From an uncultured Alphaproteobacteria bacterium (GTDB lineage Bacteria; Pseudomonadota; Alphaproteobacteria; Rs-D84; CACZYB01): a stretch of DNA of 32,000 nucleotides. Below the pieces are notes generated by a model, which was not told the origin of the DNA, did no database searches, and saw only the letters and a list, made by a program, of their open reading frames with translations. Of the stretch, positions 10,531 through 17,975 are shown piece by piece; positions within the stretch are counted from its first letter, which is position 1; each line of letters starts with the position of its first letter. The stretch is from positions 191,356-223,355 of the forward strand of contig CAKQHZ010000002.1 in assembly GCA_934246625.1 (NCBI GenBank), in the 5' to 3' direction. A program made the translations under genes and the position numbers.

Positions 10531-10609
10531 GGTAAAATTGATGTATCAATTTTACATACATTAAAATTAAAAACTAATATTAACAAACTAAACTGAAAGG
10601 TAAAATAAA

Positions 10610-11329
10610 ATGGGAAAAATGAAAAATATGAACTTATTGTTGGTAATGACAACTTTGCCAATGACTGCAAAAGCCGATCTTTTTAAATGTATGGCTTGTA
10701 CTAATAAACCTGCTAACGCTCACTATACATCCGGCGGAACCAATACCTCCAATTGCTCTTGGTCTTGCGATAGCGGATATACTAAAAATGATAATTTATG
10801 CTGTGCAAATAAACCTGATAATTCTTATTATTACTCCAATAATTGTGGTTGGAATTGTAATAGCGGGTATGCATCTTGTAATAGTCGTTGTATTAAAGAT
10901 GAAAGAATTGCGAATTCATCATACAATTCAAGTTGTGAGCTAGAATGTAATAAAGGATATAAACCTGTTTATACAACAACTGGTGGAGGTTGTTCATTTA
11001 CTGTGAAGACTTTATCTGAGTGTAAAGTTGATCCTTGGGTTCACTGTGCGACAACAGCTAATGCTATATATATTCAATTTACTCATACTACTGAATATGG
11101 TGAATCATGTGCTAGCTCACAAAGAAAATATTATTCTGCGGGAACTTCATTTAATCCTGTTTTTAGAAGTTGGGAAAAAGGTAGGTGTGCTTATGTGATG
11201 TTTAGAATATATAAAACATCAGATCAAACACTTTTAAAAACAGTATCAGTCAGCGTTTTCAAGACACAATTTGATTATGACCAAAGATATATTTATTGTG
11301 ATGGAAAACTTCAAAAATATACTGAATAA
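10610..11329 (+). CDS. Secreted cysteine-rich repeat protein (239 aa) with three tandem P-x-N-x-x-Y...C-x-W-x-C-x-x-G-Y modules
   Basis: Signal peptide MGKMKNMNLLLVMTTLPMTAKA. Repeats: CTNKPANAHYTSGGTNTSNCSWSCDSGYT / CANKPDNSYYYSNNCGWNCNSGYA / IKDERIANSSYNSSCELECNKGYK (nt about 10697-10963). A non-repetitive Cys-containing C-terminal half follows. Confidence 0.8.
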   Translation: MGKMKNMNLLLVMTTLPMTAKADLFKCMACTNKPANAHYTSGGTNTSNCSWSCDSGYTKNDNLCCANKPDNSYYYSNNCGWNCNSGYASCNSRCIKDERIANSSYNSSCELECNKGYKPVYTTTGGGCSFTVKTLSECKVDPWVHCATTANAIYIQFTHTTEYGESCASSQRKYYSAGTSFNPVFRSWEKGRCAYVMFRIYKTSDQTLLKTVSVSVFKTQFDYDQRYIYCDGKLQKYTE

Positions 11330-11332
11330 AAA

Positions 11333-11359
11333 AGAAAAGGGGTTTTGCCCCTTTTTTTT
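11333..11359. terminator. Bidirectional rho-independent terminator between convergent genes
   Basis: AAAAGGGG-TTTTG-CCCCTTTTTTTT: an A-run / T-run flanked hairpin between the 10610..11329 (+) stop and the epmA (-) stop. Confidence 0.7.
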
Positions 11360-12416
11360 ATAGTGTTGGAATTTCGGTCCAAAGAATATCCTTTATATCA
11401 TTTGCACCAGTTGAAAGCATTATTAAGCGGTCAATTCCCATTGCAATGCCAGTGGCTGGGTCCATATTTTCTATGGCTTCGATAAAACTTTCATCAATAG
11501 GATATGTTATGCCGTATAATTCCTTTTTTGTTTGCATATCGTGTTCAAAGCGAGCACGTTGGATTTTTGCATCGGTTAGTTCGGTGAATGCATTTGCAAG
11601 TTCAACTCCACAAACATAAAGTTCGAATCGTTCAGCAATATTTTTATTGGTATCCTTTGCCTTTGAAAGGGCAGCTTGATGAATTGGATATTCATAAAGG
11701 ATTGTTGGTTTTTCACAGCCAAGATTTGGTTCAATATATTCGAACATAAGTTTTTCGTATATGTCGTCCCATGTATCAATTTGTGATACGTTGATGTTTA
11801 GTGATTTTGCCTTTTCTTCCAATAAATGTTTTGATGGGTTTTCTGGATTATCTATTGTTGCGAGTATATCAAAGTGGCAAAATTTTTCAAATGCTTCCTT
11901 TACAGTTAATTTTTCCATACCATTAAATGGAGAACATTTTTTACCATTGTGTTCAAAAAATTCTTTGCCGATTGATGATAATGCGGATTTTAAAATTTTT
12001 TCGCAATCGTCCATAAGTTTTGTATAGTCGTAATGTAATCTATACCATTCTAACATTGTGAATTCAGGATAGTGTGTAGGAGATACAATTTCGTTTCTGA
12101 AGGTATGAGTAAATTGATAGATATTTTCCATACCGAAACTTAGCAATTTTTTCATTGCGAATTCAGGTGATGTATGAAGGTATAAAGTTTTTGGGTTTGT
12201 GCCAGTTATGTCCAAAAATTTTGTTTCAAATGCGGTAAGGTGGACTTCCATTCCTGGGCAATATTGAAGGATAGGGGTGTCAACTTCGGTAAAAGATTCT
12301 GTTGAAAAAAATTTTTTGATTGCGTTTATGATTTTGTTTCGCATCAAAAGAAAAGGAAGTTTCCTTTTGAAAACTTCCCTTGCTTTGTATGTATGTAAAT
12401 TATTATTTTGCATCAT
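11358..12416 (-). CDS. epmA: EF-P--(R)-beta-lysine ligase EpmA (GenX/PoxA, LysRS class II paralogue)
   Basis: Aligns by eye along its length with E. coli EpmA (SPEFAMKKLL, FRNE..PTHYPEFTMLEWY, ERFELYVCGVELANAFTELTD, GIAMGIDRLIML). Start placed at ATGATG 12416/12413. The track's upstream 45 codons are low-complexity and lie antisense-frame inside rplY. Confidence 0.9.
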   Translation of the reverse strand: MMQNNNLHTYKAREVFKRKLPFLLMRNKIINAIKKFFSTESFTEVDTPILQYCPGMEVHLTAFETKFLDITGTNPKTLYLHTSPEFAMKKLLSFGMENIYQFTHTFRNEIVSPTHYPEFTMLEWYRLHYDYTKLMDDCEKILKSALSSIGKEFFEHNGKKCSPFNGMEKLTVKEAFEKFCHFDILATIDNPENPSKHLLEEKAKSLNINVSQIDTWDDIYEKLMFEYIEPNLGCEKPTILYEYPIHQAALSKAKDTNKNIAERFELYVCGVELANAFTELTDAKIQRARFEHDMQTKKELYGITYPIDESFIEAIENMDPATGIAMGIDRLIMLSTGANDIKDILWTEIPTL

Positions 12417-13071
12417 TTGTTTCTTCAGCTTTCTTTGCAGCCTTTTCTTCTTGAGCAGAAGGAACTTCAGCTGATACAGGAGCTTCTGTTTCAACAACTT
12501 CTTCAACAGCAGAAGTAATTGTTGCGATTGTGAATGGTTCGTGTGATGCAAATCTTAAACCATTTGGTAATTTAACAGATGTTGAGTGAATTGATTCAGC
12601 AACATCAAGGTTTTGAACATCAACTTCGATTGCGTCAACCATATCTGATGCTTTACAGATAACTTCAGCTGAACGGCTAACGATGTTAAGAACAGCACCT
12701 TTTTTAACACCAGCACAAATGTCTTCGTTGATAAATTTGAATGGGATTTCAACAGTAATTTCTTTGTTCAAATCAATTCTTAAAAAGTCAACGTGAATAG
12801 GACAATCTTTTACTTTGTCGTATTGAATTGCTTGGCAAAGTGCAAGTTCTTTTTTAGCTTTACCTTCAATTTCAAGTTCAAATTGACGAGTTCTGAAACC
12901 CTTTGTTTGCATTTGTTTAAGTAAATCTTTTGGAGTAATAGAGATAAGTTCAGGATCTTGTTTATTTCCATAAATAACAGCAGGAATTAAACCAGCTCTT
13001 CTTGTTGCACGTGCGGCCCCCTTACCACTTGTTTGTCTTGGTTTTACATTTAAAACTACTTTATTTGTCAT
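12403..13071 (-). CDS. rplY: 50S ribosomal protein L25 / general stress protein Ctc (long form)
   Basis: N-terminus RQTSGKGAARATRRAGLIPAVIYG, HVDFLRI motif, acidic/Ala-rich C-terminal tail. AAGGA SD. Confidence 0.95.
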   Translation of the reverse strand: MTNKVVLNVKPRQTSGKGAARATRRAGLIPAVIYGNKQDPELISITPKDLLKQMQTKGFRTRQFELEIEGKAKKELALCQAIQYDKVKDCPIHVDFLRIDLNKEITVEIPFKFINEDICAGVKKGAVLNIVSRSAEVICKASDMVDAIEVDVQNLDVAESIHSTSVKLPNGLRFASHEPFTIATITSAVEEVVETEAPVSAEVPSAQEEKAAKKAEETNDAK

Positions 13072-13204
13072 TTTTATATCCTTTTTTATTTTAAATTTTA
13101 TTAACTAATTTGCCTCCAAGGGTGCAAATTATGTTGGGGAGTATATCATATTTGTTTGTAAATGCAAGGATTTTCTTTGTTTTTTTATTTATATAAATTT
13201 ATTG

Positions 13205-13233
13205 TTGACATTTATAATTATTTTGTCTATATT
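13205..13233 (+). promoter_or_regulatory. Sigma70-type promoter TTGACA-17-TATATT for the 13273 gene
   Basis: TTGACA 13205-13210, 17-nt spacer, TATATT 13228-13233, about 40 nt upstream of the start codon. Confidence 0.6.
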
Positions 13234-13272
13234 TATCTTAATCGATTCTTTTTAATATAAGCGAGGTGAAAA

Positions 13273-13983
13273 ATGGAAATTATAAATAGCTTTAATAAAA
13301 ACTTTGAAAATGAATGTTCTTCAAAAAAGAAGAAACTTTTTTATGATAAGGAGGCTTTTAAAAAAGCTCTTAGAAATAAAAAAATTATGGGAAATCTTCT
13401 TCTTGCTTCTGTTCTTGTTGGTTGGTTTTCTTACTCATTTACTTCAAATCGTATTGCCGAAAAAAGAAGAATTGCTGATTTTGCGATGATTCAAGGGGTG
13501 GCTCTTGATGAACCTCATATTTTTACAAGAACTTTTGAAAATGGTTCTTTTGTTGAGGCAAAATATACAAATGCTTTTGATTATGTGAATGGATATGGTG
13601 CTATTTTAGATTCTTATGTGCCTGTGGATATAAATGGTGATAATGAAAAAGATTTAGATTTACATATCGTTGTGAAAACACGTTATGATAAAATTTCTCC
13701 TAATCAAATGTTTGCTTTGACTAATATCAAAAGTGGGTCAAAGTTGGTTTTGGAAGGCAAAATTATAAAAGATGAATTTGGTCGTCCAGTAAATGTTGTT
13801 TATCCTAAAAATGGAACAGGAGTAAACAAAAGTGGGGCTGTCGTTGTTGATAAAGAACGTGGTCCCGATTATATAGATATGAAAAATTTGCTTTCTATTG
13901 ATAATTGTAAAATGAAAAATACGTTGAATAAGAATAATCAAAAAATATTTGATGAAAACTTTAAACGTGTTTATTCACGATAA
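13273..13983 (+). CDS. Hypothetical single-pass membrane protein (236 aa)
   Basis: GAGG SD. Lys-rich cytoplasmic N-terminus, TM GNLLLASVLVGWFSYSF, about 170-aa extracytoplasmic domain. I recognise no family. Confidence 0.75.
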   Translation: MEIINSFNKNFENECSSKKKKLFYDKEAFKKALRNKKIMGNLLLASVLVGWFSYSFTSNRIAEKRRIADFAMIQGVALDEPHIFTRTFENGSFVEAKYTNAFDYVNGYGAILDSYVPVDINGDNEKDLDLHIVVKTRYDKISPNQMFALTNIKSGSKLVLEGKIIKDEFGRPVNVVYPKNGTGVNKSGAVVVDKERGPDYIDMKNLLSIDNCKMKNTLNKNNQKIFDENFKRVYSR

Positions 13984-14040
13984 AATATAAAAAATAATTA
14001 AGAAAGTGAACAATATATTTTGTTCTCGTTAATGAAAATT

Positions 14041-14066
14041 GGCTCCTGTGATGGAGCTTTTTTTTA
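14041..14066 (+). terminator. Rho-independent terminator
   Basis: GCTCC-TGTGAT-GGAGC hairpin followed by 8 T. It overlaps the prmC stop region. Confidence 0.55.
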
Positions 14067-14990
14067 TTCTTTTTTTAGTTCGATTACACGGATTATTCCG
14101 TTTAAATCCTTAAAGTAATTTATAAATTTAAAACCAAAGGCTTCGAATATTTTTTTTGCATCTGCTTCTTGACCCTTTCCAATTTCAAGAAATATTTTGC
14201 CGTTTGTTTCGACTATGTCCCAATAATAAAGTGCCTTTGATATGTTTCTGTATTCGTCCAAGCCATCGTTGCCTCCGTATAATGCAATGCGAGGTTCATA
14301 TTTTTTTACATCTTTATCAAGGGTTTTCATTTCCTTTTTTGTTATGTATGGTGGGTTTGAAATTATTATGTTGAACTTTTTATCCTTTATTTTTTTATGT
14401 GGTTGTTTGTTGCACCAATTATGTTTTATCATTGTTGCACGATTATCCAAAGATAACTTTTTTGCATTTTCCTTTGCGGTTTTTAAAGTGTCGTCCTTTA
14501 TATCAATACCAAAGCCAATGGCGTTTTCATATTCGGTTAGTAATGTTAACAATAAACAACCAGAACCAGTTCCCAAATCAATTATTTTATATGGAAGAGA
14601 TTTGTCCTTAAATTCTTTTTTTACTGCATCAACCAAAGTTTCGCTGTCGGGACGTGGAATTAAAGTATGCTTTGAAACCTTGAATGGAATTGACCAAAAT
14701 TCACGTTCCTTTGTTATTTGAGCAATAGGTTCATTTTTTGCACGGCGTTTTATAAGTTTTATATATTCCTTATATTGTTTTTGTGGGACTTCGATTTTTG
14801 GATTTGAAATAAAAAGATGGTGCTCTATGCCCAAAATGTATGAAAGAAGGACACGAGAATCTAAATCAAAAGTTTCAATATTGGCATTTTTTAAAATGTC
14901 TTTGCCTTCTGATAAAATATCACATACTGTATGTTTTTGTTCTTTGTTCATCATACATACAATTTTGCATAGTTTTATAAATTTTTCCAC
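14064..14990 (-). CDS. prmC: Peptide chain release factor N5-glutamine methyltransferase PrmC/HemK
   Basis: SAM motif IIDLGTGSGCLLL and catalytic IIISNPPYI. GTG 14990 has AGGAAG 8 nt upstream; ATGATG at 14954 is an alternative start. Confidence 0.9.
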   Translation of the reverse strand: MEKFIKLCKIVCMMNKEQKHTVCDILSEGKDILKNANIETFDLDSRVLLSYILGIEHHLFISNPKIEVPQKQYKEYIKLIKRRAKNEPIAQITKEREFWSIPFKVSKHTLIPRPDSETLVDAVKKEFKDKSLPYKIIDLGTGSGCLLLTLLTEYENAIGFGIDIKDDTLKTAKENAKKLSLDNRATMIKHNWCNKQPHKKIKDKKFNIIISNPPYITKKEMKTLDKDVKKYEPRIALYGGNDGLDEYRNISKALYYWDIVETNGKIFLEIGKGQEADAKKIFEAFGFKFINYFKDLNGIIRVIELKKE

Positions 14991-15002
14991 AAGTATGACT
15001 TC

Positions 15003-15866
15003 CTATTTTATAAAATGATTTATTATTTTTTTAACCTTTGTTTCAGAATCTCCAAGAATATCAAATTTTGGAGCATATTCCACAAATTCCGCACATATCA
15101 TTTTTGGGGTATTTAGCATTGGTAAAATTTCATTTATAAAATCAAATCTTATGCCGTTTTTCTCTGGAACTTGGACGGCTGTAAAATCGGTTGTTGAAAG
15201 AACATCAAAATCAAATGAAATTATGTATTTTTTTCCATTTAATTTTTGTAGGACGGTTTTTACAGTGTCCTTTAGGTAATCAATGTTGTTGACCAAAGAG
15301 TTATCGGTTGTAAAAATGTTTTCAGATTTTACAAATTGAAGTTCAGATGGTTCGTATGAACGAGCACCAATGAAAAAAAGGTTTTCCTTTTTTAGTGGGA
15401 TTTCGTTTGTGCCAAGTGATAAATATCTTTCATCACCATATCCAAGAAGATGGCGGACATTTGTCCCATGGGGTGAGCCTGAGGCTTCTTTTTTTGAAGA
15501 TTCAGGGGTATGTATATCAAAGTGTGCATCAATATAAATAAGCCCTATGTCTTCGTTTGGGTAAAATTGTTTTACTGCTTTGAAGTGGGCAAAGTTTACG
15601 CTGTGATCTCCACCAACGAAAATGTGATTTTCAATTTCATCTTTTGATAAATTTGATATGTGGTTGTAAATGATTTTTTGAATTTCAAAATTTTCAGAAA
15701 ATCTGTCAGCCTTTAATTTTTCAATATCAAATTCCCATGTTGGAGACAACATTTCCCATTTGTGATTTTTATATATTGTTTGAATTTTAAGAGGAGCTTT
15801 TTCACATCCATCTATGATAGGATTTTTTTGTGCTCCTCTTCCATAATTTACACCAATGAAAAGCAT
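15003..15866 (-). CDS. Arginase-family ureohydrolase (agmatinase / formimidoylglutamase-like; substrate unknown)
   Basis: Mn-ligand motifs present: VGGDHSVNF, IYIDAHFDIHT, ISFDFDVL. Confidence 0.85.
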   Translation of the reverse strand: MLFIGVNYGRGAQKNPIIDGCEKAPLKIQTIYKNHKWEMLSPTWEFDIEKLKADRFSENFEIQKIIYNHISNLSKDEIENHIFVGGDHSVNFAHFKAVKQFYPNEDIGLIYIDAHFDIHTPESSKKEASGSPHGTNVRHLLGYGDERYLSLGTNEIPLKKENLFFIGARSYEPSELQFVKSENIFTTDNSLVNNIDYLKDTVKTVLQKLNGKKYIISFDFDVLSTTDFTAVQVPEKNGIRFDFINEILPMLNTPKMICAEFVEYAPKFDILGDSETKVKKIINHFIK

Positions 15867-15867
15867 C

Positions 15868-16806
15868 TTACTTTTCCGTTGAAATTAGGTATGTTGTTGC
15901 TTCCATAGCGGATTGTGCACCAGATGCGGCTGCAATTACAACTTGTTTAAAACGAGGGTTTTTAACATCACCTGCGGCAAAAACTCCATCAATATCAGTT
16001 GCACAAAGGTCTGGTTTTGTGATTATGTAGCCAGCGTTATCAAGTGGAACTTTTCCTTTGAAAATTTCAGTTTGAGGAACATTTCCAACAGCAATGAATA
16101 AACCGCTTGTTTCATAAGTTGTTCTTTCCTTTGTATCAACATTTTCAACAGTGATGCTTGAAAGTTTTCCCTCTGTTTCGGTTGCTTCTACAACAACGGA
16201 ATTCCAAATTGTTGAAACGTTTGGAGTGTTGAAAAAATGTGTTTGATTTATGTGTTCTGCAGTAAAGTGGTCGCGACGATGAATTACAGTTACCTTTTTG
16301 CAAATTGTTGAAAGATGTAATGCTTCGTATATTGCAGAATTTCCACCACCAACGACAAATACTTCTTTATCCCTAAAGAAAAAACCATCGCAAGTTGCAC
16401 AGTATGAAATGCCGTGGCCAGTTAATTTTTCTTCGTTTGGAAGTCCAAGTTTTCTGTAGGTTGAACCTGTTGCAATGATGACTGCATCAGCGGTGATTTC
16501 ATTATCATTTTCGCATTTTATTGTAAAAGGACGTTTTGAAAAATCAACTTCAACAACTGTGTCAGCAAGAATTTCGGCACCAAAAATTTCGGCTTGTTTT
16601 CTCATTTGCTCGGTTATGTAAATACCATCAATTTTTTCTGTGAAACCAGGATAGTTTTCAAGGGCAAATGTTTTTGTGATTTGACCACCAAATTCCATAC
16701 CTGTGATTATAAGAGGGTGATTTCCATTTCGACCAGCATATATTCCAGCAGAATATCCAGCAGGACCAGAACCAATAATTACGACTTCTCTATGTTGTTG
16801 TTTCAT
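15868..16806 (-). CDS. trxB: Thioredoxin-disulfide reductase
   Basis: FAD motif IIGSGPAGYSA, redox-active CATCDG, NADPH motif VVGGGNSA, C-terminal FAAGDV. Confidence 0.95.
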   Translation of the reverse strand: MKQQHREVVIIGSGPAGYSAGIYAGRNGNHPLIITGMEFGGQITKTFALENYPGFTEKIDGIYITEQMRKQAEIFGAEILADTVVEVDFSKRPFTIKCENDNEITADAVIIATGSTYRKLGLPNEEKLTGHGISYCATCDGFFFRDKEVFVVGGGNSAIYEALHLSTICKKVTVIHRRDHFTAEHINQTHFFNTPNVSTIWNSVVVEATETEGKLSSITVENVDTKERTTYETSGLFIAVGNVPQTEIFKGKVPLDNAGYIITKPDLCATDIDGVFAAGDVKNPRFKQVVIAAASGAQSAMEATTYLISTEK

Positions 16807-16835
16807 TTATATCTCCTTTTTATGTATTTTTTGAG

Positions 16836-16864
16836 ATTATAGATTAGTGGCATTTTTTTTTCAA
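16836..16864 (-). promoter_or_regulatory. Sigma70-type promoter TTGAAA-17-TATAAT upstream of trxB
   Basis: Minus-strand TTGAAA (16859-16864), 17-nt spacer, TATAAT (16836-16841), in the 61-nt nrdG-trxB gap. Confidence 0.55.
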
Positions 16865-16867
16865 GGG

Positions 16868-17593
16868 TTAATATCTTAGTTCAAGTTCTTTTACTATAGA
16901 TTTTAATTTTTCTATGAAGTCCTTGTCGGTGAAAAATTGCATTATCATTTGTTGTGATGGATTTGCTGGGTTGTCCTTTTCAACTGGGCGGTATCTTTGC
17001 ACGGCATATTTTTTTACCCCAAGTTTTGTTATGGTTTCGGCAATTTCAAGTATGTCTGATTTTGTTAAAACTGTTGGGTCGGCGGTTGTGCGGACTTCTA
17101 AATCTTTGTTTTGTGATAAAAGGTATGTAAGACTTTCGAATGCTTGCTCTCCACTTCCTTTTACCTTTGTGATTTCATAATATTTTTCACATGGTGCTTT
17201 TATATCAAAGCCAATCCAGTCAATGTATGGAGAAAGTTTTTTAAGATTTTCAGGAAAACAACCGTTTGTATGAAGACCGATTTTAAAATGTGGTGCGAAT
17301 CTGTGAATATCTTCGATTGCGGTAATTATTTCATCTGCTTGGGCAGAGGCTTCTCCACCGCTGAAGACTACGGCGTCTAAAATTTTTGTTCTTTTTCTTA
17401 AAACATTTAAAATATATTCCCAGTTTTCCTTATCTTGTTCGGTTGGGCGGTGAAATTCAAAAAGGTGTGGATTGGAGCAGTAAATACATCTCCAGGGACA
17501 ACCTTGTAAAAAAATAACTGATGAAATTTTTTTTGGATAATCGATTGTTGTAAATGGGACGAATCCTCCGACTATGATATTTGAATTTGCCAT
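16868..17593 (-). CDS. nrdG: Anaerobic ribonucleoside-triphosphate reductase activating protein (radical SAM)
   Basis: CPWRCIYCSNP (CxxxCxxC) near the N-terminus, VVFSGGEA. Adjacent to nrdD. Confidence 0.9.
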   Translation of the reverse strand: MANSNIIVGGFVPFTTIDYPKKISSVIFLQGCPWRCIYCSNPHLFEFHRPTEQDKENWEYILNVLRKRTKILDAVVFSGGEASAQADEIITAIEDIHRFAPHFKIGLHTNGCFPENLKKLSPYIDWIGFDIKAPCEKYYEITKVKGSGEQAFESLTYLLSQNKDLEVRTTADPTVLTKSDILEIAETITKLGVKKYAVQRYRPVEKDNPANPSQQMIMQFFTDKDFIEKLKSIVKELELRY

Positions 17594-17620
17594 AAAGCCT
17601 CCTTTAAAATTATAAAATAT

Positions 17621-17649
17621 ATTATATTTGTTTTGTTGGATATAGTCAA
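17621..17649 (-). promoter_or_regulatory. Sigma70-type promoter TTGACT-17-TATAAT upstream of nrdG
   Basis: Minus-strand TTGACT (17644-17649), 17-nt spacer, TATAAT (17621-17626), directly after the terminator hairpin. Confidence 0.6.
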
Positions 17650-17660
17650 GAAAAGCATAA

Positions 17661-17690
17661 AATAAAACCTCTCGAAAATGAGAGGTTTTT
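17661..17690 (-). terminator. Rho-independent terminator after the glycyl-radical mini-gene
   Basis: Minus strand reads AAAAACCTCTC-ATTTTC-GAGAGGTTTT followed by ATTTT. 10-bp stem. Confidence 0.7.
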
Positions 17691-17708
17691 AATCAATAAA
17701 TTTTGTTG

Positions 17709-17909
17709 TTATGCAATCTTTTTATCATAAACACAATTGCAATTCATTGAGGATAATGTAGCAGATTCTGTGAAATATTTTCTTTCATAAAATTCTGATT
17801 TTTTACCTTTGTTAAAATTAGCAACTGGACGGCAATATCCCATAGCACGAGTCCAAATTTCACATTTAGTTCTTTTGCTGTTATCTAATTTTTTTTCAAA
17901 TGTTTCCAT
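17709..17909 (-). CDS. Free-standing NrdD C-terminal glycyl-radical module (66 aa)
   Basis: Perfect AAGGAGGA SD. KCEIWTRAMGYCRPVANFNKGKKSEFYERKYF matches the canonical NrdD C-terminal R-x-x-G-Y...N-x-G-K-x-x-E radical loop. Confidence 0.8.
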   Translation of the reverse strand: METFEKKLDNSKRTKCEIWTRAMGYCRPVANFNKGKKSEFYERKYFTESATLSSMNCNCVYDKKIA

Positions 17910-17975
17910 TATATCCTCCTTATGTTTTGTTAATATTATTATATTCCTTTTTTCTTATGTTATCAATATCAAAAT

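Noticed and set aside
9593-11357. Diversity-generating retroelement (a variable Cys-rich target plus a template repeat in the non-coding DNA)
   Set aside because: There is no reverse transcriptase gene, and I could see no non-coding segment resembling the 3' end of either gene.
12417-12551. N-terminal 45-codon extension of the epmA ORF (the track's 397-aa model)
   Set aside because: It lies inside rplY on the same strand in another frame. It is Leu/Lys/Gln low-complexity, and homology to EpmA begins only after the internal ATGATG.
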